A program made the translations under genes and the position numbers. From Eubacteriales bacterium (GTDB lineage: Bacteria > Bacillota > Clostridia > Oscillospirales > SIG627), in NCBI GenBank assembly GCA_045590615.1, contig JAZNRH010000044.1, positions 1 through 61,365 on the forward strand: 61,365 bases of DNA, in the 5' to 3' direction. Within the stretch, counting starts at the first letter, position 1. Each line of letters opens with the position of its first letter. Under the pieces are notes generated by a model, which did not search any database, was not told the origin of the DNA, and saw only the letters and a list, made by a program, of their open reading frames with translations. This document shows positions 46,105 to 54,001 of the stretch, one piece after another.

Positions 46105-46677
46105 ATGGCAAAAAAAGGTTTTTGGCAGGAATTCAAGGAGTTTATCTCTAAGGGCAACGTTGTTGATATGGCAATAGGTGTTGTAATCGGTGGTGCTTTC
46201 AAGTCTATTGTTTCATCACTCGTTGCAGACATCATCACACCATGCATCTCACTTCTTACAGGAAAGGCAAGCTTTAACGACCTTGTTTACGTGCTCAAGG
46301 AGGGCAGCGATGCAGTTCTTGCAGAGGACGGCGTTACCGTCGTAGAAGAGGCAGTAGCCCCTGTAACTCTTAATTACGGAACTTTTATTCAGTACATAAT
46401 TGACTTTTTAATTATCGCTTTAACTATTTTCGTAATCATTAAGATAATGTCATCACTCAAGAACCGTTCCGAAGCTCTTCGTGATAAGCTCGACGCAGAG
46501 GCAGCAGCTGTAAGGCAGGCTGCAGTCGATGAAGAAGCTGCAAAGAAGGCTGCAGAGGAGCAGGCAGCAGCAGACGCTGCAGCAGCAGAAAAGGCTGAAA
46601 TTGAAGCGACAAGAAAGGCTCAGCAGGAAACAGCAGCTCTTCTTGCCGACATTAAGGAGATTCTTAACAAGAAATGA
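46105..46677 (+). CDS. mscL: Large-conductance mechanosensitive channel with extended loop and Ala/Glu-rich C-terminal tail
   Basis: N-terminal FKEFISKGNVVDMAIGVVIGGAF is the MscL signature. The length is 190 aa, whereas the channels I recall are much shorter. Confidence 0.85.
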   Translation: MAKKGFWQEFKEFISKGNVVDMAIGVVIGGAFKSIVSSLVADIITPCISLLTGKASFNDLVYVLKEGSDAVLAEDGVTVVEEAVAPVTLNYGTFIQYIIDFLIIALTIFVIIKIMSSLKNRSEALRDKLDAEAAAVRQAAVDEEAAKKAAEEQAAADAAAAEKAEIEATRKAQQETAALLADIKEILNKK

Positions 46678-47555
46678 TTGACTCTTTTCAAGAGGTCAGC
46701 ATAAAGAACAATTCACCTATAGCATCAGCTATAGGTGAATTTTCATCTGACTTTTGCGATTTTACTCCATACGTCATTCAGACGTGGCAGGAGTATTACA
46801 ATACCCACTTTGCAAAAACTCAGAATGCTTTATACTTGCGTCATACCATAAATGGCAGGGACAGCTATGCTTGCCTTGGCAATAATATCGTAAAAAACGT
46901 GGAGGAGCTTTTTCAAATGCTTGGTAAAAGCTCTATGCCAATGACACTTTTGACGGGTGCTCAGGTCAACGAGCTCAAAAAGCATTATAGTGTGAGTGAG
47001 CTTGCAACCGACGAGGCGTGGTCGGATTATATCTATCTTCATTCGGATTTAGCCGAGATGTCGGGTAAGCGCTATGCAGGTCAGCGCAACCACATTAATA
47101 AGTTTATATCCAACTGCACTTCGTGGTCGTATGAGAAAATCGACTCCTCCAATTTGCAGGAGGTCTACGATTTTTATCTTGCTTTGAGTAGAGACACAAC
47201 CGGCTTTGACGATACTGCCCTTTACGAAATGGAGCACCTTGTTCGTGATTTCTTTACTATTTTTGACAACCACGCACTGACGGGTGGTTTAATCCGTGCA
47301 GACTCAAGGATCGTTTCCTTTGCAATTGGCGAGGTCTTGAACGATACGCTTTTTGTTCACGTAGAAAAGGCATTAAAGAGCGTTCAGGGCGCATATCAGA
47401 TAATCGTTCGTGAATTTGCCCGTCACAATCTTGCCACCTATATCAATCGTGAAGAGGATATGGGAATAGAGGGCTTGAGAATATCGAAGAGGTCTTATCA
47501 CCCCTGCCGAATGGCAGAAAAGTTTGTTTGTACGGTTGGTGTTGAGCAAAAATAA
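46674..47555 (+). CDS. DUF2156 (phosphatidylglycerol lysyltransferase C-terminal-like) domain protein
   Basis: 293 aa. SGKRYAGQRNHINKF and the acyltransferase-like fold of DUF2156. Overlaps the mscL stop. Confidence 0.65.
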   Translation: MIDSFQEVSIKNNSPIASAIGEFSSDFCDFTPYVIQTWQEYYNTHFAKTQNALYLRHTINGRDSYACLGNNIVKNVEELFQMLGKSSMPMTLLTGAQVNELKKHYSVSELATDEAWSDYIYLHSDLAEMSGKRYAGQRNHINKFISNCTSWSYEKIDSSNLQEVYDFYLALSRDTTGFDDTALYEMEHLVRDFFTIFDNHALTGGLIRADSRIVSFAIGEVLNDTLFVHVEKALKSVQGAYQIIVREFARHNLATYINREEDMGIEGLRISKRSYHPCRMAEKFVCTVGVEQK

Positions 47556-47565
47556 ATTCAGTTTA

Positions 47566-47660
47566 GAATGCTATATGATAAAAATTAAACAATTGCTTTT
47601 CGGAAGTTCGGAGGGTGCTTTTTGCTAAAAAGCGCCCTTTGGTTTTATGAGGGCTCGCCA
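47566..47660 (-). repeat. Family B intergenic repeat, copy B2, fused to a family C head
   Basis: The reverse complement is GGCGAGCCCTCATAAAACCAAAGGGCGCTTTTTAGCAAAAAGCACCCTCCGAACTTCCGAAAAGCAATTGTTTAATTTTTATCATATAG. Confidence 0.8.
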
Positions 47661-47664
47661 CTTT

Positions 47665-49905
47665 TTATCCGAAAAATGATGTTCCTATAATTGGTAACGA
47701 CCATATAAGCTGATAGAGCATAATGAATAAAGGTGTAATCTTTTCGTGTGAGCCGTCGGCAAGGAAGGCTACTACGATTAGAGTGAAGCCGAAAATCAAG
47801 GCTATGTATTTTGCGAGTGTATTAATTGAAATAATTCTTGAAAGCTTGTCGGTGGCAAGGAAGGTGCGAAGCATATTCATAACGCCCGATGCCGAAACAA
47901 TTCCACTCGACGCCTTTTCAAGAGGCTCGTTTTCCTCGGGTGTAGGCAGCTCAAGATTCTTGACTACTACAATGGGGTAGCTCTCATCCTTCAGGATTTG
48001 AGTAACAAAGGCAGTGTCAAGGTTGGGGTCACGAGAGTTGATTGCCATGCAAATACCGAGATTGCAGAACGAGTCGAGAAGAGTCTTGAACTTCATACCA
48101 AGCGCATACTTTACATAGAACTTAGCACTGACTTCACCGTTGATAGCAACGTAGAGAATACGTCCGTTCGAGGATAAAAAGGTCTTGTCTATAGTATCGT
48201 CAATGTGAGTAAAGCCGTTTGCTTCGATGTAGTCCTGATTTCCTATGAAAACGTTGTTAGAGCCGATTTGGGCATTGAAGCCGTTTTCTGCAAGCGAGAT
48301 AATCGAGTCGCTGTTTTCACGGGTTGCAGTAACTATAACCGAGCGATTGAAAACGTCCTCAAGAGGACCACCAACAAGGTTGAACGCCTTGGCAGTGATG
48401 AGATACGTATTGTCAATTCTGCTTTCACCGTAGGTTTTTATAGAGGTTATCTTGATGCCCTTGGGATTGAAAACGTCGCTGTCATTAAAGGATATAAGGG
48501 CTGTATCGGCATATTCATCAATTGCCGTTTCGCCGATTATAGCAGAATTAATTCTATTGAGTCGAAGGGTGGTGATAAAGTAGGGCAGCGTTACAACGAA
48601 GAGCGAGGATATTGGCATAGCCATCATAAATGCAAGCGCAAAGCTGTTAATTGCACTTGTAATATTCGCTCCCTCGATTAGAACTGCGCTGAGAATTGCA
48701 AACACTATCGACGCTGCAAAGACGAGAGGAATAATAATCTTGTAGCTTTCATCAAAAGGTGATTTGCGTGTGGTCGTTTTATAGAAATCCGATACGAAAT
48801 CAACCTTTGAAATCTTATAAAGTGATGCGTCCTCGGGCAGATATTCGCTGAAGTTGTCGTGCTCCTGAGAGTTGCTGTCAAGTACAGTTGCAGCCTTCTT
48901 TTCGTTGGAGTGAGCTGCAACTCTGAACGTGATGTGCTCACGCCTTGTGTCAATATATCCTACCAGCGCCATTACGGTAACGGTAAGTGCGAAAACTGAT
49001 GAGTAAACAGTTACGTCCTTTGAGTATCTGTCAATCACAAGGTGAAGAACAAGCTGTAAAAACGAAACAAGGAAGGCTGAAAATACTATGCTGTTCTTGT
49101 TGGGCTTCCAGCTAAACAGAGATATTGCGCCGTCAATGATGTTGTCGAGAACACAGAATGCACTGAGGAACATTAACTGCATATCTATAAGCAGATATAA
49201 AACTCCGAATCTGCCGGACATAAGCCATTCGGGGTGTGGGAGCGCCTTTGTTTCGACATAGATAAGAAGGATGGTGGCTATTGCGCTCAGAATCAATTTT
49301 ATAAGAGAGGAACGCTCCTTCTTCTTGTAAATATCTATAAACTCCTCTTTTTCAATCGGAGCAAGATATTCTCTGACTTCCTTAGCCTTCTTCACCTTTT
49401 TCGGCTTTTCGGTCAGGGGAGTCTCTTCCTCTGTGTTGTCATTCTCTTCAACAACGTAGATGTCCTCGTCCTCCACGGGTACGGGCGCTTCGTCCTCATC
49501 CTCTTCAATCAAAGGCTCTTCGAGTCCTTCGTAGGTGTCCTCCTCTTCGGCTTGTACGGGAGCATCCTCGGAGTGATGCTTCTTGTCGGTGAACACGTTT
49601 GCGAGGTCAACCCTGTTTCCGTTTGCAAGGTTGTTTTTTATATCGTCTACCGACATATCCTCTTCCTTCATAATGTCGTCAAGCTTGGCTTCAAGCTCGT
49701 CGTCGGTATCAGAGGACTTGTGTTTGAAAATATTTTTGAGACTAAAGCCCGTGCTTTCCTCGGGCGCAAAAAGGTCTTCGAGCTCAGAGTTCGTTTCTTT
49801 TTTTGGGGCTGTTACAAATACTGCAGTGTTTTCCTCGGGTGAGGCAGACGCGTTCATAACGTGTTCCTTCTTGACTTCTTTTCTTTTGAACGTATATTTA
49901 CTCAT
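47665..49905 (-). CDS. P-type (P1B-like) ATPase homolog with degenerate catalytic motifs and an acidic N-terminal extension
   Basis: 746 aa. The transmembrane and HAD-like layout fits a P-type ATPase, but AMPIS replaces the CPC site, FNDSDVF replaces DKTGT, and INSRDPN replaces TGDN. There are about 190 N-terminal D/E-rich residues. Confidence 0.5.
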   Translation of the reverse strand: MSKYTFKRKEVKKEHVMNASASPEENTAVFVTAPKKETNSELEDLFAPEESTGFSLKNIFKHKSSDTDDELEAKLDDIMKEEDMSVDDIKNNLANGNRVDLANVFTDKKHHSEDAPVQAEEEDTYEGLEEPLIEEDEDEAPVPVEDEDIYVVEENDNTEEETPLTEKPKKVKKAKEVREYLAPIEKEEFIDIYKKKERSSLIKLILSAIATILLIYVETKALPHPEWLMSGRFGVLYLLIDMQLMFLSAFCVLDNIIDGAISLFSWKPNKNSIVFSAFLVSFLQLVLHLVIDRYSKDVTVYSSVFALTVTVMALVGYIDTRREHITFRVAAHSNEKKAATVLDSNSQEHDNFSEYLPEDASLYKISKVDFVSDFYKTTTRKSPFDESYKIIIPLVFAASIVFAILSAVLIEGANITSAINSFALAFMMAMPISSLFVVTLPYFITTLRLNRINSAIIGETAIDEYADTALISFNDSDVFNPKGIKITSIKTYGESRIDNTYLITAKAFNLVGGPLEDVFNRSVIVTATRENSDSIISLAENGFNAQIGSNNVFIGNQDYIEANGFTHIDDTIDKTFLSSNGRILYVAINGEVSAKFYVKYALGMKFKTLLDSFCNLGICMAINSRDPNLDTAFVTQILKDESYPIVVVKNLELPTPEENEPLEKASSGIVSASGVMNMLRTFLATDKLSRIISINTLAKYIALIFGFTLIVVAFLADGSHEKITPLFIMLYQLIWSLPIIGTSFFG

Positions 49906-49921
49906 TTGCCAATCTTTCCTT

Positions 49922-50707
49922 TCATTTCTTTCTTCTTGATTTTGCTGCCTCGAATAGTACGACTGCCGATGCGCAGGATACGTTCAACGAGTTGACCTTG
50001 CCCATCATTGGAATAGAGGCAATGAAATCACAGTTTTTAGTTACGAGTGGCGAAATACCATCACCCTCGCTTCCGAGAACAACGGCGAGTGGCATATCGT
50101 AGTCGATTGTGTCATATTGCTGACCGTTTGCCTCACAGCCTACTACCCATACGCCCTTCTTTTTCAGGTCGTTTATAGTAGCAGAAATATTCGATACCTT
50201 TGCAACGGCAAGGTGCTCTATAGCTCCTGCTGAGCTTCGTGATGCAATTGAAGTCAGTCCTGATGAATGCCTTTTGGGAATAATCAGACCGTGAACTCCG
50301 GCACCGTCACAGTTACGGATAATCGCACCGAGATTGTGTGGGTCGTTGATAGAGTCGGCAATAACGATAAACGGCTTTTCGCCACGCTCTTGAGCTATTG
50401 CGAGAATGTCGTCAACTTCAACGTAGTTTTTTGCAGCTGCCATTGCAATAACTCCCTGATGCATAACGCCCTGCGCCAGCTCGTCAAGCTTTTCACGCTT
50501 TACCTCAACGATGGGAATTTTTCTTGTCTTTGCTTCACCGAGTATTACGAGCAGAGAGCCCTCGATGTCGTTTTGCTTAACGAAAAGCTTGTCAACGCTT
50601 CTGCCCGAGCGAATAAGCTCAAGTACGGCGTTTCTGCCACATACGACGTTCTCGTCGGGGGGAGTGGTCTGTTGTTCTTTCTTATGTCTATCGTCAATTT
50701 TTTTCAT
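49922..50707 (-). CDS. rlmB: 23S rRNA (guanosine-2'-O)-methyltransferase, SpoU/TrmH family
   Basis: 261 aa with SpoU motifs (NDPHNLGAIIRN, VLGSEGDGIS, SLNVSCASAV). Confidence 0.85.
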   Translation of the reverse strand: MKKIDDRHKKEQQTTPPDENVVCGRNAVLELIRSGRSVDKLFVKQNDIEGSLLVILGEAKTRKIPIVEVKREKLDELAQGVMHQGVIAMAAAKNYVEVDDILAIAQERGEKPFIVIADSINDPHNLGAIIRNCDGAGVHGLIIPKRHSSGLTSIASRSSAGAIEHLAVAKVSNISATINDLKKKGVWVVGCEANGQQYDTIDYDMPLAVVLGSEGDGISPLVTKNCDFIASIPMMGKVNSLNVSCASAVVLFEAAKSRRKK

Positions 50708-50790
50708 AATATAATACCTCTTTATAAATTATAACATAAAAAGCTGTTTTTGTATACTCTTTTTTGAAATAAATTTTTATTAATCCCGTA

Positions 50791-50845
50791 CTAAAACAAG
50801 GCAAAACGTCGAGGCTGCTGCAGAGCTATTATTATGATAAAAAAG
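50791..50845 (+). repeat. Family C intergenic repeat, copy C2a (variant middle)
   Basis: CTAAAACAAGGCAAAACGTCGAGG...TTATGATAAAAAAG. Confidence 0.7.
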
Positions 50846-50887
50846 CGACGAGCCGTCGCTGGCGAATCTCGCCTATCCTTACTTTTT

Positions 50888-50949
50888 CTAAACTAAAGCA
50901 AGGCAAAACGGCGAGGTTAATTCAAAGCAATTTCCTATATGATAAAAAA
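50888..50949 (+). repeat. Family C intergenic repeat, copy C2b
   Basis: CTAAACTAAAGCAAGGCAAAACGGCGAGGTTAATTCAAAGCAATTTCCTATATGATAAAAAA is near-identical to the reverse complement of 471..525. Confidence 0.8.
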
Positions 50950-50977
50950 TGTGCAATAGTCTTTTGACTATTGCACA
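50950..50977 (-). terminator. Terminator of the zinc-ribbon gene
   Basis: TGTGCAATAGTC-TTTT-GACTATTGCACA. On the minus strand it is followed by TTTTTTATCATATAGG, which is the family C head. Confidence 0.75.
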
Positions 50978-51003
50978 TCGAAATTGCTCACTGTAATTAT
51001 ATA

Positions 51004-51282
51004 TTACTGCTGCTCTTTCATAGCAGAGAAACATGCACTGCAGTAAACAGGGCGATCGTTAGAAGGCTGGAATGGAACCTTAGCCTCGCCACCACAGTTA
51101 GCGCATACTGCTGTGAATAATTCTCTTGGAGCTCTACCGTTAGCCTTCTTAGCGATACGGCACTCCTTGCAACTCTTGGGCTCATTTGTCAAGCCCTTTT
51201 CTGCGTAGAATTCCTGCTCGCCTGCTGAAAACACAAACTCCTTGCCACATTCTTTGCAGATTAATGTCTTGTCCTCGTACAT
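51004..51282 (-). CDS. CxxC-x17-CxxC zinc-ribbon protein
   Basis: 92 aa with two CxxC...CxxC units (CKECGKEF...CKECR and CANCGGEA...CSAC). Confidence 0.75.
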   Translation of the reverse strand: MYEDKTLICKECGKEFVFSAGEQEFYAEKGLTNEPKSCKECRIAKKANGRAPRELFTAVCANCGGEAKVPFQPSNDRPVYCSACFSAMKEQQ

Positions 51283-51409
51283 TTTGGGTTACCTCTCTCG
51301 GTTAAATTTTTTTATCGCCTTTTCGGCAAAGTCCACAGACGGATTTTCACCGTCACCCTCCCTGAAAGGAATGCTCTTTTTAAGCTATGTGAACATATTG
51401 GCTGATATA

Positions 51410-51988
51410 CTAAGTCCTGATTAATAACTTCAGCTTGCCTCGGATTCTTTGGATAGCGTTGTCAACCGATTTTGTTGACATCTTTAACCGATTGGATATT
51501 TCGCCGTAGGACTTGCCTTGAATGTAGAGCTTCAACACATCGTTTTCAAGTTGAGAAAGCGAGTTGTCGATCCTGTTCAAAAGAGCCTTGTAGCTCTCTT
51601 TTTCAATCAGCAAGCGCTCCGGCTCAGTAGCCTGACCAAGACTGCGAATTTCCACCGACTCATCATCCTCACTGTTTAGCGAAAGGGAAGAGCGAATAGG
51701 AAAATTCTTTTTGCCGTAATATATTCTTAATGCAGAAATTATGCTGTGCTTGATACAAATTCTCGCAAAGGTTGTAAAGGAAGCCTCAAGACTCGGCTTG
51801 TAGGAAAGAGCTGCCTTGTATAGAGCAATCAATGCCTCCTGATACAAGTCGTTCTTTTCTTCTGCGTCGACATCGCAGCTTGCAACAAGGCCTCTGAGCA
51901 TACCATCAAACTCAACTGTCAAGTCGGTGAATGCTTGTTGGTCGCCATTCTTGACAAGATTTACTAAATCGTTGTTTGACGGTGTCAT
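51410..51988 (-). CDS. sigH: RNA polymerase sigma factor, SigH-like
   Basis: SFTTFARICIKHSIISALR and KSVDNAIQRIRGKL align with B. subtilis SigH blocks. Start taken at the ATG downstream of GGAGAG. Confidence 0.75.
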   Translation of the reverse strand: MTPSNNDLVNLVKNGDQQAFTDLTVEFDGMLRGLVASCDVDAEEKNDLYQEALIALYKAALSYKPSLEASFTTFARICIKHSIISALRIYYGKKNFPIRSSLSLNSEDDESVEIRSLGQATEPERLLIEKESYKALLNRIDNSLSQLENDVLKLYIQGKSYGEISNRLKMSTKSVDNAIQRIRGKLKLLIRT

Positions 51989-52030
51989 ATAGGCTAAACT
52001 CTCCAAATTTGCGTAGAAGATGTTAATTAA

Positions 52031-52058
52031 AGTATATCACTTTTTTTATATATGTCAA
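52031..52058 (-). promoter_or_regulatory. Sigma-A-type promoter of sigH
   Basis: Reverse complement reads TTGACA-N16-TGaTATACT. Confidence 0.5.
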
Positions 52059-52067
52059 GCATTTTTT

Positions 52068-52125
52068 TCAAAAAAATACATAACTTTTTAACAATTATTG
52101 TTTTTAACTGTTAAAAAGTTATGTA
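52068..52125 (-). terminator. Terminator after the BY-kinase gene
   Basis: 16-bp inverted repeat TACATAACTTTTTAAC/GTTAAAAAGTTATGTA, followed on the minus strand by T7. Confidence 0.75.
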
Positions 52126-52153
52126 TAACGTCGTTATTTTTTGTGCATATTAA

Positions 52154-52912
52154 CTAATTTGTTTGCTTATCATAACGCTTGTCGTAATTGTTCCTATGAT
52201 AATATCTGTTGTAGTAGCCCTTTGAATGATAGTAGGGGTGCGTTGTATCTGTACCGATATATATAATACCGAGAATGTTCGCACTAATCAGCTTGAGATT
52301 GGAAATCAGCTTGCTGAATTCCTTTCTGTGAAGGGTGAGCTCACGTGCAACTAAAACTACGCCGTCAGAAATCTTGATAAGAGGAAGGGCGTCTGATACA
52401 ATCGTAATAGGGGGTGTATCGATGAGAATGTAGTCGTAGCTACTCTCAAGGCTCTTGAGCAAGAGTCTCATCTCGTCGCTTGCAAGAAGCTCGGAGGGAT
52501 TGGGGACTTCCATGCCTGCAGTTATAAAGTCGAGGTTTTCGTGCTTGGTATGAATGATAGCGTCCTCTAACTTTACTTTGCCTGCCAGAATACCGGGAAG
52601 ACCAACCTTTCCGTTATGCTTGAGGTAGGCTGTAGCCATCTTTCTTCTGAGGTCTCCGTCGATAACGAGGACCTTCTTTTTTGCCTGAGCGAGAGCTATA
52701 GCAAGGTTGATAGTCGAGGTAGATTTACCCTCCTTGGCAACCGAGCTTGTAACGACGATTATGTGACAGGGCTTGTTGTCGAGTCTGAGAATGAGATTTG
52801 TTCTGACCGTCTTATACGCTTCCTTAACTGCGAAAAGTGTTGCCGAGCCCGACGAACCGTCTTTGTAATAATCGTAATAATGATGTGAGTGCTTTCTCTT
52901 TTTTATAGCCAT
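52154..52912 (-). CDS. CpsD/CapB-family protein tyrosine kinase (BY-kinase catalytic subunit)
   Basis: Walker A SSVAKEGKST, A' VLVIDGDLRR, B ILIDTPP. The C-terminal tail is Tyr-rich (HPYYHSKGYYNRYYHRNNY). Confidence 0.85.
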   Translation of the reverse strand: MAIKKRKHSHHYYDYYKDGSSGSATLFAVKEAYKTVRTNLILRLDNKPCHIIVVTSSVAKEGKSTSTINLAIALAQAKKKVLVIDGDLRRKMATAYLKHNGKVGLPGILAGKVKLEDAIIHTKHENLDFITAGMEVPNPSELLASDEMRLLLKSLESSYDYILIDTPPITIVSDALPLIKISDGVVLVARELTLHRKEFSKLISNLKLISANILGIIYIGTDTTHPYYHSKGYYNRYYHRNNYDKRYDKQTN

Positions 52913-52931
52913 TATACTTTCTCCTTTTGAG

Positions 52932-53648
52932 TTAGTCGAGAAGGACCTGCTCGAAGCTGGTTACCGAGTCGTTGTTGCTTGCGTCGGGAACAACTCCAAG
53001 AATGGGTATTTCGCACGACGATGTGATGTCCTCAAGATTTTTAATCTTGTTGTCGAACATTTCTCTGACAACGAGGTAACCGATAACGATTGCTGCACCG
53101 AGCACAAAGCCCAAAATTGAGTTAAGAATTATGTTGGGAGATGATGGAAATTTAGGCTCTATTGCATTGTCGATGATTTTGATTGGGTTGAGCGCCTCGT
53201 ATTCGGCAGATCTGGTAATCATATGGCTTGAAATCAAGGTTGCCAAGTTGTAGGAAAGCTTCGAGCTTCCCGACGTTACCTTAACCGAGAAGGAGGGCGC
53301 GTCGGTGTTTGAGGACGCTTCGATTCTGGTCATTTCCTTGAGCTTCGAAGGCTTTAACTCGTTTTCCGGATTGTTGGCGTTGTAAAGCTCTGTAACTTCG
53401 GTTAAGAATTTGGTTGTATTAAATATTTCAAGATATGAGTGAACAGCTTCCTTAACGAAGGCTGCCTCGGTAGATTTCGAGGTTGTCGTATTCATTACAA
53501 CGAGAATTTTAGCCGACGACTCGTATTTCTCATCGATGAATAGCTTTGTAAATCCAAAGAATAAAGCTGCGAAAATCAAAGCAACTATGATTATGTATTT
53601 TAATCTCGTGATGATGAGAGAAAAAATTCTGCTTATATTAAGTTCCAT
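52932..53648 (-). CDS. Wzz/CpsC-family chain-length-determinant / BY-kinase transmembrane modulator
   Basis: 238 aa with TM segments at both ends and a central extracellular domain. Located immediately upstream of the kinase. Confidence 0.8.
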   Translation of the reverse strand: MELNISRIFSLIITRLKYIIIVALIFAALFFGFTKLFIDEKYESSAKILVVMNTTTSKSTEAAFVKEAVHSYLEIFNTTKFLTEVTELYNANNPENELKPSKLKEMTRIEASSNTDAPSFSVKVTSGSSKLSYNLATLISSHMITRSAEYEALNPIKIIDNAIEPKFPSSPNIILNSILGFVLGAAIVIGYLVVREMFDNKIKNLEDITSSCEIPILGVVPDASNNDSVTSFEQVLLD

Positions 53649-53783
53649 TGTTTTGCCTCCGATTCACATTAGTTCAGTATATTATATCACAAGAGTTTAG
53701 AAAAATCAAGGCTCAATTGAATAAAATTTTATTTTTATTAAATAATATGTAATGGAAGATAATAAAAGAAAGGGTAGAGGTTT

Positions 53784-53948
53784 ATGAATAGCACGATTAA
53801 AATTATGCAGGGGCTTGCAATCGGAATGTTAGTGGGAGGCGCTGCAGGCGCTTTGATTGTCTCAAAGACGAGCAAGTGCAACAGCTCGAAAAAACGCTTT
53901 ACACACGCAATCAAGTCGGCTTGTGGGTTTATTGAAAATATTATCTGA
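53784..53948 (+). CDS. Candidate 54-aa small membrane protein
   Basis: MNSTIKIMQGLAIGMLVGGAAGALIVSKTSKCNSSKKRFTHAIKSACGFIENII, with an RBS-like GGTAGAGG and a terminator directly downstream. I prefer it over the antisense 85-aa track ORF. Confidence 0.4.
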   Translation: MNSTIKIMQGLAIGMLVGGAAGALIVSKTSKCNSSKKRFTHAIKSACGFIENII

Positions 53949-53958
53949 TAAAAATTGT

Positions 53959-53993
53959 GGGCTGTAAAAAACCAATTTGGTTTTTTACAGCCC
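53959..53993. terminator. Terminator hairpin of conserved family D (between convergent genes)
   Basis: GGGCTGTAAAAAAC-CAATTTG-GTTTTTTACAGCCC. Confidence 0.75.
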
Positions 53994-54001
53994 ATTTGTA
54001 T

